The notes under the pieces: generated by a model | The model's database searches: none | Told to the model about the DNA's origin: nothing | What the model saw: only the letters and a program-made list of their open reading frames with translations | Assembly (NCBI GenBank): GCA_951406725.2 | Contig: OX597832.1 | Location: forward strand, 32,674,001 to 32,738,000 | DNA from: Octopus vulgaris | Lineage: Eukaryota | Direction of reading: 5' to 3' | Length of the DNA: 64,000 nt | Shown here: positions 40,352 through 55,548 of the stretch, in pieces | Position numbering within the stretch: position 1 is the first letter of the stretch | How the letters are laid out: every line of letters begins with the position of its first letter | Made by a program: the position numbers and the translations under genes

Positions 40352-42399
40352 AAAGCGTGGCTTATCCTTTGATTAAGTTCTTATAATCCTTTCGCTAATC
40401 CAATAACATCAATACAAATTATGTAGCCATCAAAATGGTTTTTGTGCTTTTACAGAGAATACCGAACTGTCTTACACAGAATCTTGTTTTTAGGAATTCC
40501 CAATATGTTATGAATACCCAAATTGTGAGATCAGTTACATATTAACATGAAATTAGTTACTCGATAGTAAGAATTCAAATAACGTAGCCCCGAAAATGGG
40601 CTTTAATGCGTTCCCAGAGTATATAGAACATAGAAAGAAATACTAATAAGTTCTGTATTCTAATATCGTGAAGCATGCTACGTAATAACAGGGTCATCAG
40701 ATTTGAGATAATAACAATTCAAAGTAAATTAAGAAAATAATATTTACTTGTTCATGTGTTGTACTGGATAAATTGCGAAAATAACTCTAACAGTTCAAAT
40801 ATTAAGGAATAAGCATACTCAACTTCATTTCTACCAAATAACGTAGGAAAATGAATGGGTTATTTCCTTGGCTATATATAAGGATCCCTTTCATGAGCCC
40901 TATTACTGTCTTTTTCAATAATCTGAATATTCCATGAGGTTTCCAGTCATGATTTATACTCGCGATAAAACGATGTAGGAAGAGTTAGCCAGCAACACCA
41001 CAAACACATCCACATGCAGAATTTCCCATGTTACTCAAAGTTTGTTTTTATAAGCAAGTAGGGTGGGATTTGAGAGAAATCAAGCTGCTATTTATTCTAT
41101 ATGGAGCGCTCACGTTGTGTCTCTTGCGTGGATGTGATGAATGATTTTTAGGTTAAACTAAATGCGTTTGTATCATGGAAATTGTACTGGAACTGGAAAC
41201 ATTTTTTCTGTAATAACTCAAGTATTCTAGTTCGTTGTTTGTTGGAAATTCCTTTATAAACAGTGATTGAAGAGCATGAAATTGTTAAATACCAATTTGT
41301 CTGTCCAGAACAGTAAAGGTCTGCATGTAATCCAAAGTTTATCTTGTTGGAAAGAACATTTTTCATGATTCTAGATCCATTAATGCAGCAGGGATGCATA
41401 TTCTATAATGGATTTTAAACATATTCTTCGAGGTAAGTCTAAATAAATTATCTGCGAGAGAAACTTTTGAATGAAAAACTAATGCTTTACGATGAGATAT
41501 CCGAATTAGAGGAGAGATAGAACAGTTGTTGCTATTTGATGAAGGAAAAGTTTGCATGTTCATATAAAATTCTTTTAGTATTATGTCGGTTATATAAGCA
41601 GAAAAGTATTTTGTGCAATTGTTGCACAAAATAGTTGTTAAAAGATATAATGTTATGCTGTACAAAAGCTTTCATATTTATATTTACAGCATTTGTGCCA
41701 ACATAGGAAAAACCCTGTAAATTCTATGGATGATTATACCACATAACATTTCGTTCCATGAATTTTACTTTATAGTTGGCTACATATAAATGGATTTATA
41801 TTTAAACTGCCTTTAATGCATTTTTAATTTTAAATCAGCGACCCATTTTATCGGGTTTCCCGATGGAGATTCCGCTTAATCTGCACTAATTAATTAATTA
41901 CCTTGTTAAATATTCCTAAAGGATGGTTTGGATTTGTACTAATGTATTTTAAATATACCTCAAGTTTGTCACATGGACATTATTTCCCACTAAATCAACC
42001 ATATTTTATATCGAGTAATTATACAGTTTCGTATCTCCTCAAATTTTGGTATCTTCGTGTCTTCTTATTTCCTGTTAAACTGTGATAAAATTTTAATACC
42101 ATTCACTCTAACTTCTGTTCTAATTAAGATATATCTAAACCATCTCAATAAACGCTACATTTTATATATTGCTTTCATTTTCATATTCTAATTTCTTAAT
42201 TCTACTAATGTTTATGCTTACATTATTTCATCCCGTTATCTCACTTTTTCTATCTCAATGTCTAACACACACACACACACACACACAAGCACACACACAC
42301 GCACACACACACACACACACACACCTTTTGCTTCTTTATCTCTCTTTTTGTAATATGTCACGTTTAGATCTCACTTCATCATTGGGTTATCTCTTCTCT

Positions 42400-42935
42400 C
42401 TCACTCACTCACTCACTCACTCCCTCACTCGTTCAGTCACTCAGTCACTCAGTCAGTCACTCATTCACTCACTCATTTACTCACTCACTCACGCACTCGC
42501 TCACACACTCACTCATTCATTCACTCACTCACACATTCACACACTCACTCACTCACTCACTCACTCATTTACTCACTCATTCACGCACTCGCTCACACAC
42601 TCACTCATTCATTCACTCACTCACACACACACTCACTCACACGCTCACTCACTCACTCACTCACTCACTCACTCACTCACGCACTCGCTCACACACTCAC
42701 TCATTCATTCACTCACTCACGCACTCACTCATTCATTCACTCACTCACACATACACACACTCACTCACACGCTCACGCACTCACTCACTCATTTACTCAC
42801 TCACTCACGCACTCGCTCACACACTCACTCACTCACTCAATCCCTCACTCACACACACACTCACTCACACGCTCACGCACTCACTCACTCACTCATTTAC
42901 TCACTCACTCACACACTCACTCAGTCACTCGCTTT
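42400..42935. repeat. Complex (ACTC)n tetranucleotide array
   Basis: Directly visible; accounts for the spurious 275-aa H/S/L/T ORF. Confidence 0.95.
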
Positions 42936-44601
42936 CCCTCTCCCTCACTACTCACTTTGTCACCTACGTGTCTCTCTATCTCACTTTTTTGTTTAATCAT
43001 TCATTAACCTTGGTTAATCTCAGTGCGTTATTCTGAAGCAGTTTCGTTTTAACTCTTCTTTTGTGCTCCACAATCAAAGGTACAATTCATCTGTAACATT
43101 CTTTAGAGCTATAGGAACGAATGTCTGCGAATTCTAAGCACATTAAAAGAAATACCAAAAATAGAATCTTTCCTCTTTTCATTTGAATGCTAATATATAT
43201 TGAATATATTGAACAACCAACCAATGCATTGAATTAATATTGTTTTTTTCATTTCTTTCCAGACATAAATCTTTCAGATACTTTGTAAATGAACGCACGG
43301 GCTCTAACTAACTCACGTCTAGTTCTATGGCTACAAATATTAATTAATCAAATATGAATCAGTTGAAAACGTTTTTGTTCCATTAGAAAATGCTTCTATT
43401 TTAAATATTTACAATAACTGCAAAACAGTTGATAGAGAAGGATTTGTGAACCGATGAGGGAAACAGAATGGTGTCTCTGTATCCGAACATTACTCAACTA
43501 ATTTCAAGAAACAAAATAAAGGTCTATTCTGTAGTGCAGTGTGTAATTAGAGCAACCTGCGTCTGTATAATTTGGCGCATGCCAACTTATACAAATCGAA
43601 GGGTTATTTGTTCTATATTTGAAAGATGGAATAAAATAATCACTCCTTGTTTTTACGTTCTTCTGAAAGACAAAGCGAAATAAATATATCTCAGCGGAAA
43701 CCACAGCCTAACCTCAGCGATACGTTTAGTTATATTAGCGACGTTCTGTTTCAGGTAGGATACTAGCATTTCCTAATTTAAAGTGGACACCATTAGATAT
43801 AAAAGTTAATTTTCTGTTTACATTCACAATACAATTCTGATGACAAGATGTGAACAGCTGACTCTCTATTCCTTCACAAACAAACCGTTGACTCCATTAT
43901 GTTTAAATTCTCCTCGAGAGAAAAAAAATGCTTTTCCATTAGAACTATTTAGTTAATCCTATAGTCACTGAAGGATATACAATATTATGATACGAGGTGA
44001 CAAATTGAGCTATAAAATTCATGATCCGTGTAATATAATGTACTCTTCTATATTTTAATATAATCTCACCTAATCTAATATAGTATAATACGATATAATA
44101 CAGTATAATACGATATAATATACTTATCCTTTGATATAGAAAAGAACTGATGTAATACTTCCAGGACGCAAGTATAAATTGCGTAAACATTTCTGATATT
44201 TACTAATGTAATATAGAAAGTGATTTAATTGAGCTTCACCAGTGAATTATGTTCCTAAGCCAGTGAGGATTACTTTGGACATTTTCACAGGCAAATGTGT
44301 TACTTATTTCCCATAGGTTCATGCAGGACAGATAATATCATTTATCTGTTTTAGAAATACAATTATTAAATTGCAGATAGGTTTAACTGTGAAAATCGCA
44401 TTTACAATCTGTCTACCATTTCTGCTCGAGCCAACCGGGGAAGGCGATTCGGAAGGAGATTGTGCGTGGCTGTGTGATCTGCTAGATATTGCAACTTAAT
44501 ATATGTCAAGTCATATTTTAAATCGAAATTAGACATGGAATGGGGGAACTTACATACATACACAAATACATACTTGCATTTACACACGCATTCGTATATA
44601 A

Positions 44602-44640
44602 AGGCGCAGCGGTGGCTGTGTGGTAAGAAGCTTGCTTCCG
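44602..44640 (+). mobile_element. SINE family A head, interrupted
   Basis: aggcgcagcggtggctgtgtggtaagaagcttgcttcc. Confidence 0.8.
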
Positions 44641-45950
44641 GTTGTGTCAGTGCTGTTCTTACACTGTAGAAGTCGCCACGCTGGTGTACAGCTGGCGAAA
44701 TATTGATTGAGAAAGAAGCTCAGCTGCAAGGTAAGACTTTTGGTTTTGGGGTCCAGTGGGGCTTTGTTGTTTGCTGTATTATTTTTTGTCCTCACTGGAT
44801 TCTGGACTCTGGTCTGCCTGCAGTTGGGCAAGATTGTTCACTTTTAAGTGAATTATTTTGGTGGCCGGATCATCTGCCGCCATAAACTGTGGAATTCTTT
44901 TTGCTGCTGTGGAAAAACAATATTTTCTTTGTTGTGTATTTATCATTTAATGGTATATTATCTTTTGTTCCTGCTCCTGTGTCCCCGACTCAACTGGAGT
45001 AGCTTTTTTGGAAACTACAAGGGTCAGGAGTACCGGTATCTACCAACTGTGAAGTTTATTGCCCGGGGTATCGGATACGCAACGATTTGGTTGCTATTTG
45101 ACACTCCGGAGAAGGCTCGCATTTTTGTGAGCCAGCCCCTGGCTGGCAATAAGATCTTGTTTCTTCCCACCGGATTGAGGGAGGAAACTGACGCGGCAAT
45201 GGGTTTGCGGGTTGCCACTGAATTTAAAACCAGGCTGGTTAGCGGACACTATCCACTGGGGTTTGGGTGGCAGCGGCACCAAACTCCTTAATGTTAAATT
45301 ATTACCAGTGGCTGATTGGGTTGAGTCAAAAGTCATTTTGTCCCAGATGACCCAATCAGTAAAATAGTTAGTCGTACCAGACTTTTAACTATATGGCTGG
45401 GAGCAGGGGCTCGGTGATACTTGAGTGTCGCCCCCCAAGTGTCACCGGTGTCTGGAACCTGGCCATGCAAAAAATAACTTCCCCGAGGACAAAAGTATGG
45501 TCTTGGAGCAGTTGGTTGAGACATCTGTAGAAGAGGAAACTGAGGCGGTCGAGGAGGCGGAGGACTCCTCAAAGAAGGGCCGCAAGAGGAAGAAGGTGAG
45601 CAACAATGGGTGCTCACCTAAGGATTCTAGGAATGAGGGAGGGGAAGTAGATCTGTCTGTCACGGAGGAAACCCACCCTTCCTCAGTTGAGAAGAAGAAG
45701 AAGTAAAAGAGAAACGGGACATTGCCGGCAGTCGGTAACACAATACCGGAATGTCCCGGAACTTCGTTAGGGGGAAATGTGTCATCGACGGGTGAAGAGC
45801 CATCGTCGGTGGGAGTTGGGCCACCGACCACGGAAGTGAACCTCGTTCCCTGAAGAAGAAGAATTACTTGTCTTCTTCTACAGAAGAGGAGAAGCACCAT
45901 GATGGAGCAATTATGACCTGCACACGGGTTCCCGAATGGACTCCGCAGTA
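44641..45950 (+). mobile_element. Tx1/L1-like LINE 5' portion: decayed ORF1 with zinc knuckle
   Basis: GC-richer block; FIARGIGYATIWLLFDTPEKAR (RRM-like), PPKCHRCLEPGHAKNNF (C-x2-C-x4-H-x4, last C lost), acidic/basic tail; stops and frameshifts. Confidence 0.65.
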
Positions 45951-46150
45951 TATATTTGTGTATCCGTTTGTTCACCCGCTCCAAGATCGCTTGACAACCG
46001 ATGCTGGTGTGTTTACGTACCAGTAACTTAGCGGTTCGGCAAAAGAGCGATAAAATAAGTTCTAGGCTTACAAAGAATAAGTCGTGGGGTGTATTTGCTT
46101 GACTAAAGGCGGTGCTCCAGCTTGGCCGCAGTAAGATGACTAAAAGAAAT
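45951..46150 (+). mobile_element. SINE family A 3' half
   Basis: atcgcttgacaaccgatgctggtgtgtttacg...gcggttcggcaaaagag...ggcggtgctccagc. Confidence 0.85.
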
Positions 46151-47386
46151 AAAATAATAAAAGAATAGAAGATGATATATATATATCCTGTATAGACTTG
46201 TGTTATGTTTGTTGTTATAAAGATGTTTGACTCTTGTTTCTAGCAATATAGGTGCTACCCTGCACCCTCAGTCCAAATGAAATTTTCCTTCTTGCTTTGA
46301 TATTGCGTGTAGCCGCCATTGTTATTTTATGACTTTCACTTCACCACATTGCTTGAATCAACCATTGATTCATGTGGTAAACGCCATCTACTAATAGCTG
46401 CCATTTAACCTAACCATCAGCAATGAAATCGTCACCATCGATGAGATAAGCGTAACTAGCAACTATAATGACCTCGCTTGCTGTAGAGTGTTTATCTCAC
46501 CTGTCACTGCATAGACATGTGCTTTTTTGCAGCTATAAGGGTCTTTAACACTTGTTTCTAGCAATATAGGACTACCTCGCCCCCTAAGTCACTATTAGGG
46601 AAATTTGAAATTTTCCTTTTTTGGTTTTATATTGCGTTTAGCTCCATTCCTTTTTATATGCGTTTGTTTGCGTGTGTGTGTGTGACTTGTCTGTGTGTGT
46701 ATGTGTGTGTTGCCATTGGTAGTTTAGGTGACGATAATGGCTGTCGTGTTAGCACACATGGTGATATGATATTGATGTTGTTAATGTTTTTAAGTTTGGC
46801 GGTAGTTTGGGGTCAAAGGTGACGAGGGTGATCATGACGACAACGACGACGATGTTACCAAAGATGACGACTTTGCTACTTAATCCTGAATGCTCGATGA
46901 CCTTTGGTCAAGCGTTCTGCAGCCAGCAGCCAGCCATTCGTTCTTCACAGCAGGGTTAACATGCCGAAGAGGTACATCCACGTTTATGAGAGAGAGATTC
47001 GGTTTATATTCCCAGCAAATCAATCTCTTTTTACGAGACAAAATTCTGCATTGAACTAGAGTATGAACTTACTAAAACTTACACCAGTATTACGCACCGA
47101 ACTCAAATACATTCCGAATAAATTTGAATTCTTTCGGTCTAAAGAAAATGATAAATCAACGCAGACATTATTAGCTGCAAAGAAACTCGCAAAAGAAGCA
47201 CGAACACAAACACGATAAAAAAATATTAGATTGTTACATAAAGTCAAACTGTGTAAGGAAACAACTTATTGTACCAATCTTAACAAGCTTGAAACAAATT
47301 TCATACACACACACACATATATACATATGCATGAAAATACACACATATATAGATACACATGATATATATATAAATATATATGTGCC

Positions 47387-47424
<38 letters not shown>

Positions 47425-47562
47425 GGTATGTGAAGGTATGTTCTTCTACTCCTCTTGATGTAGTTACTACTACTAGTACTACCACCTGTACAGCTACCAC
47501 ACACCACCACCACCACCACCACAACCACCACCATTATTATTATTATTATGATTATTATTATG

Positions 47563-47625
<63 letters not shown>

Positions 47626-48001
47626 GTGAGAGTTATTTTGTGTACATTTTTTTTTCCAAAATAACTTATAGATTGTAACAGACATTCAATATTTCTCTGT
47701 TTCTAATTTGTTTTTCCCCTTCGTTTTTATTTTTTATATTTTTATTATTTAGATTAAGCGTTATTTACCTTTCTCTGTTAGAATGCTTCTCTCCCTCTCT
47801 CCCTTTTTCACAATACATTCCAACACACACACACACACACACAAGCACACACACAAACCTATATATATTTGTATGTATCTATATGTGATTCTGTTCTTCA
47901 TCCAATCAATGGTAAGTGCATAAATCTAAGTGGTGCGTACTTATGCTTATCGATTCTATTACATATTTACAGACACAATCGATCTTGTGATTGATTAGCT
48001 G

Positions 48002-48910
<909 letters not shown>

Positions 48911-51900
48911 CATCGTCATGCTTTTTATTATCATGAACTTTAATATTTTTTTTTCCATTTTCACATTGGATTCCGAGAGAAAAGAAGGAATATGCAAATA
49001 TGAAGTAGCCTGTTCTGTCTTCAAGAATTACAATGAAAAATACGAAAATAGTGAAAAATAAACTTTAAAAAAATTGATACGTCTTTGGCGAAAAATAAGA
49101 AAAACTTAGTAAGACAATATTACTGAAATATCAAGAAAAGAAAAAGATGTGAATGTAGATGTGAACGTAAAGTATATGAGAAAAAATAGTAATGAAGAAT
49201 AAGAAAATACAAGAATAATGTTATTCCATCGAAGCGAACTCTAAAAAGTAAATGAAGGAAGGAAACCATGGAAAATGTCTTGCAATGAGAATTTTTTCTT
49301 GTTTTTCTTTTTCTTTTTGGTTCACAGTGGTGTTGGAATTGATTTTCGTGTGTTACTCGAGGATATATGAGGTTAGAAAAAGGTACTAAATCTTCCACAG
49401 AAGGCCATACTCACTGTAAAAACAATGTTTTTTTTATATATCAAAGTTCTTGTTTCGTTTCATAATGTTTTGTTTTATAACATTAATACATAATGGAAGC
49501 CGCTTATTTTGATCATTTTAGGACCAATATCTATAGATAACAGAAGTGTTTGATAATATTCTGCGGAAGGTATGACATCATTCTGACAATGTTTAAAGAC
49601 ACAATGGATTTATAAAATATTTCCATTTAAAAACATTTTGGTTGATTATAAAATAAATCTTCCACCGTTTTTTAAATTTCCATTGATATTTCCCTGGAAC
49701 ACTTGAAATCCTAAGTCCTAGTTTAAACTGCTAGAAAGAACTTCCAGTTATTAATTAAATCACAATTTAATGATCTAAGCAAAGGATGAAAGTGACAACA
49801 AAATCTATTGTTGTTGGCAATCAGAAGGAATGACAGAGACGTCCATCATGAAGTATTGTTCCTATATGGGAGACGGTGCTTCGGCTAAATATGTAGATAT
49901 CCGGAACCGAACCAACAGAAGGAACATTTGATTAGGAAGAACTCAGTCACTAAGGTGCATCTTCATATTCTCTCTCCCATTTTTACTGATTCCGTTCAAA
50001 CTTGTCCATAGCTACTTTAATGACCTTGGCTCTTCGAAGATGTCTGGTCTTCTTTTTCTATCACAGGCACTCTTCTGACTCACCCGTGCTTTCTCTCTCT
50101 CTCCCCTTTCTCTCTCTTTCCTTTTTTTTGTCTCTCTCTCCCTTTGTTGCATTGAGGCGCCAAACGCCCTTGCCCATTATGTCCAACTCTTTTTCTCATA
50201 TCTTCGGAACCTTGGGAAAATTCTCATGTCTTCACAAACAGGGTTTGGGTCACGACGTTTTAAACGATTCCATTGTCTACAGTCGCCAGAAAGATATATT
50301 CTTAAAACATGGGGGATATTATATCTGAGACTAGGAGCTCAAGTGACAAAATAGCGAATACTTTGTCATTGGTTCGTTCATATATTAAGGTTTTGGAAAG
50401 ATCACTAAGTTAGAAGTCAAAATTTATTTAATACAGATCCGTTTTAAAAAAATATAGAAAATTTTCTTTGAGCCATGAGCTGCAATCCAGAAGATTCTTT
50501 CATGTATCTTACCTCTTGTTACAAACATCAATCATTTGCGGTGAAGCTCACATTTCTGGCAATTTTCAGAATAACCTATCATGCAAGCGCAATGGGTCGG
50601 AATGAATAATTTGTCGAATACAAAATAGAAGAAGAATAGTAGAAATGCGTTGTTTCAATTACTTATGAATTGAATCATTAGAAATTATCGTTTTCTATCG
50701 GTTAACATCCTGCTTAGCAATGTGAGGCAACGGTTTAGATTCCTGCATGTAAGCTTTTTCGAACATTATTTCGAACACAAAATCTTAAGCTATATACTTT
50801 CTTCTACAAACAAAAAAATAAATCAACATTGTTATGGAAGATTCCCAACTATATTCAGTTAATGATATTTCTATGCAATTCTTTTGCCTATTGTTTTAAA
50901 GAGCGCGCTCATAACTTCAAGTACACTCTTGGTACAACTATATATTTTCATAAGTATACAATAAACATTCCTAAAAAATTATTTTAGAAGAGAAGGATTA
51001 TAAAAACAGGAGTACAACAGTAGTCGCATGCGTTAAAGAAGTCCATAACTTTTGCTTTTCATATGTTTCAGAATGATGTTGATTTTTCTCTTGTATTTTA
51101 ACAAGTGGAAGTACTGTGCTTATAGAAAATAATATATCAAAAGACTATTCGAAAATAGCATCTGTTGTAATTTGTTCTTCGATTTTTGTTATTCAATAAG
51201 TGCATGTGTTAAGATTCTTTGCCTGAATACATACACACATACAATCATATATGCATACATACGTACATATGTACGTAAGTACATATTTGTATGTTTAAAC
51301 TTGAACTATCTTTTCTTTTTACGAACAGCAAGAAAAATCTCTCCAGTTCTCAGGTAAACAATATCGCAGTGTATATGCACTATAGCAAAAAGCTAGAAGT
51401 GTGTATTCAAGAATATAGACGCATGAATGTATAAATATCTGTGAACACTTAACATTTGGTGTATAATATGTACAAAATGTACATATAGAGAGGCAGTATA
51501 TAGGTATGTAAATATACACCATAGATATCAACATTGTGTGTGTGTGTATAAATATATACATATATATACATATATTTATATATATATGTGTGTGTGTGTG
51601 TATATATATATATATGTGTGTGTGTGTGTATCAATATGAAAGACAAGTTAAGATATTGGCCATTGCATATAATTACTTTATTATATTAAACTTGTCTTAG
51701 GGCTGCTTCCAGTAGTACGTGTAGTGGGGTTTATTGATTTGGTCTATGGATCGATTGAGGTATTGATCACTTACCTCGCTTGATCCATAGATCTACATAT
51801 AATGACTACTGGAAACAGCTGTAAGCTAAATTTGCTTTACTAAAGGAGGTACATGTAATGACCATTATTTCAACTTGTTTCTTATATATCCCTCTGTCTA

Positions 51901-52079
51901 AAAACCAATGTGTCTGGAACCCATCCACAGATTTACCATATAGAATCGTGGTAAATCCTGAGGTGGGACCCTACCAAAATATTACACGGAGTCCTTCATT
52001 AAATAAAATCGCTAGCCTCGTGTGCCAACAGAGATCTTATGGATTATTTTCCCCAGATTGATGGTACCCTCACTGTTTG

Positions 52080-52130
<51 letters not shown>

Positions 52131-52234
52131 GAGAGGAGGCTAAGAACGCTGTAAGCCGTTGTTGGATCACCAGCTCAGCCTCTGGCGAAATCCATTTATA
52201 CATAAAAATATGTATGCATATATATATATATATA

Positions 52235-52410
52235 TACTTTATTTAAAGCAGCAGAAAATTCAACAAAATCTGTTACTCTGAGTTTCTCGTTGCCGTTCAT
52301 CAGACAGTTTTTGCTAGAATGGAACCGATATATCATGTTACTCTACCACTGGTATTTGAGTACTCTTTTTTCCACCTTGTTTCACATTTATGTGTTTACT
52401 CCGGTATATA
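52235..52410 (-). mobile_element. PLE-like terminal repeat between (TA)n tracts
   Basis: Contains a hammerhead and a downstream AATAAA; its tail is duplicated at 39173-39215. Confidence 0.65.
52270..52307 (-). ncRNA. Minimal type I hammerhead ribozyme
   Basis: CTGT-CTGATGA-aCG-GCAA-CGa-GAAAC-TCAGA-GTA-ACAG: 4-bp stem I, GNRA-capped stem II with a basal mismatch, near-palindromic stem III. Confidence 0.75.
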
Positions 52411-55174
52411 TATATACATATATATATATATGTATATGTATATTTATATATACGTATATATCTATGCATTTTTCTTAAATATATCTAAGGACATGTGTAC
52501 ATGATTTGCGTGCTTACGTACGCGTTCTCATGCGATGATGGTAGATACGCACTTCCTTGTACGTGTCGTTGTACAAGTGAAATATTAATTTTCGCAAGCA
52601 CATTGCACAAATGGATAAACAATGTAATAAGAGAAAGGTTTAGTCACAATGGGTGGTTCCGGGAATTTACGTCAATGGAGGTTAGTAATTTCTGTAGCTA
52701 CATAAACGTCCACGTGACTGCGTATAAACTGCCCTAAAATCTACAGGCACATTTTATTTCTACTTCATGTGACTGTAGAGTCAGAACTGCATGTAATAAC
52801 GTTTATTCCACAATATAATGACAACAATGTGAATCAATGTGTATTGAGAAAAACAACCACTGACGCGTATGTAGTGACGCACACACACACACACACACAC
52901 TTACTTACACACACACACACACACACGCACGTGTATGTATATATATAATGTAAAGATATGTAAATGTATATATGGACACACACATGAATACATATGTAAA
53001 TACAGTAATTAATATGCGTTACACGTACATAGAGTTATGAAGTCCCATACACGCACACACACACACACAGACAGACAGACACATATATATATCATGCTCA
53101 TATTATATTCTTACAAATGCAGTGTTCTCAATAGCTCAAAACGTAGATCTTTACACGATTGTTTATGTATATCATTTTTACTTAGATAAAGCCAGGATCT
53201 TCAAAAATACTGGAGATTTTGGGGAGGAAAGTGTAATAAAATATATTTATACAAAGATATACAAATGTTACTTTTTAACTTCCAAAAATTTTTGAACGAA
53301 TGAAAATATTAATCGATAATATGTAGAGAAAGAAAAAACACTTTGCGCATGCGTATTTATATTCATGGAAATGCGTGCATATATACATATATGCATACAT
53401 ATATACATATATGCATACATATATACAGACATATATATATACATATATATATACATATATATGCACCCACACGCACACATATATGTATGTATACGAGTGT
53501 ACGTGTGTGCAGTGCATTAGCAAGCGTGTATGTAGTACATAAGTAAGAATGAAAAAGGAAATCCAAATATACAGAAATTATTAATGCGATTGATCTTGCT
53601 GCATTCATGTTAGAATATAACAGTAATATTTCCTTAGAATAACTGAGGATCACAAGGAAGATTGTGTACGTATATATGCCATGCATACAATTAGCATACA
53701 AAATGGCGCAAACTCATACACACATGAACATATATATATATTGTGAGTTCAATAAAAAAGAGTCAAATAAAAAAGACATTTCAGGAAAGAAAATTTTAAC
53801 AAATATTGTTTTAGTTTAACGTTCATAGTTGAGAGGAAATGGTTTGGCGTTTCGGATGCTAGTTCTTCAACGGATGAACGATAAGTACAGTAGGTAACTT
53901 AAGTGTGGTGGAGGAAATCCGGTCAAGGAAAAACCGGTCAATGGTTAAGTGCCAGTTTGCAAAGCTAAGTGCGTCTCCATAGAGGAGCGTATCCACGTAC
54001 TGATACGAGTATAACGAAGGAGTATAAATAAATTTGGTAATATTGCTTACAACATATTTCTTTAAATTTACTTTAACATTTTGCCCACCTGTGTATCATC
54101 AGATCCACATAATTCATTAAAAAACATATTGAAATATATGTCTGCACTTCATATTTAACATTTTTCCTGACTATCTCATATACATTATCAGGATAAACAG
54201 TGGCTTCTGTCCTGACACATTTTACGGAGTCTGATACACATATAATAAAATCTAGAAAATATGATGAAATTAGAGCGTACAGAAGTTGTTATACATCTGT
54301 TCTAAATGGAAGTGTTACACCACCACCCTCAAATGCAATATACGTCAGAAGAGAGGTTTGTTCACCTGCCATAATAATCATTGCCATGGAAACAATGCAA
54401 TCTTTGAAATATATACAATCAGCTTCCACTAAATCTATTTGATACATCATCTACATCCCCGTTTCGTATATTTTAAAAGGCTATATACGTGTCATTCATC
54501 TGGGTTATATACACGCAGCTTATATATATTTAATACATCTGAAAAACCTAAAAATCCATATCATGATGATTAAATAATTCGAGAAAGTTATTAACTCGCA
54601 GTACGGATAACGATAGAAATGCTTATAAAAACTGCCTTCAATCAGGAGACAAAATCATGAAAAGACTCAAAGCACTGAAGTGACAAATGAAATTACAAAA
54701 AGCTGCTCCCCAAATTTGTTAAATAGATTTCCTGTTCTTCGGAGATATATATTGCGAGATTTCAGAATATAACTGCATTAATGTTGAATGAAAGTGCATC
54801 AATTTTCAATATTCTGAAAGCGATTTTCTCAAATTATTATTATTTCGAATTGTGATAATAAATTATAGAGTGGTAAAAACTGAGATATATTATTTAAATC
54901 TAATATTTTAATATTTTCCGTTTCTTTTTACTTCATATTCTTCTACAAATTCTATTTTACTACCTGTACATTCTGAAATTTAAAGATTTTAAAGGATTTT
55001 TCAATAGAGAAAATAAAATATTATTACAAAACTCCATTCCATATCCGAACGGTTTTACCCAATTTAAAAGTAATTTACCTATCAATCATTTCCAAAGAGA
55101 CTGCCTCTTTACCTGGCTTGTGTAATTTAAGCATACACCCACACAGCCACTCTCCTACATATGCGTATACATAC

Positions 55175-55231
<57 letters not shown>

Positions 55232-55477
55232 TATATACGAATATATGTATAGATGTAGATGTGTGTCGTTATGTATATGCATACAAAACATTACATGTGT
55301 TCAGGAAAATTTATAACTGTTCCTCCTTCCTCTATTTCCTCACCTCTTCCTTATACTCATTCTTGCTTCTGCTTCTAATTCTCCTGCCTCTTCTCCCAGC
55401 TTCTTTATAGCTGCATAAGGATCATCAACGCCGTCATCATCATCATCATCATCATCATCATTATCATCATCATCACG

Positions 55478-55548
<71 letters not shown>

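Noticed and set aside
42169-42996. 275-aa His/Thr/Ser/Leu ORF
   Set aside because: Translation of (ACTC)n.
43451-43490. ccgatga-ggaaacaga/tctgtatcc-gaac hammerhead-like pattern
   Set aside because: Two core defects and no stem III; similar weak hits near 5145, 23090 and 53850 were also dropped.
49490-49570. Possible pogo/Tigger-like TIR (gaagccgcttattttgatca)
   Set aside because: No matching second end or transposase motif found.
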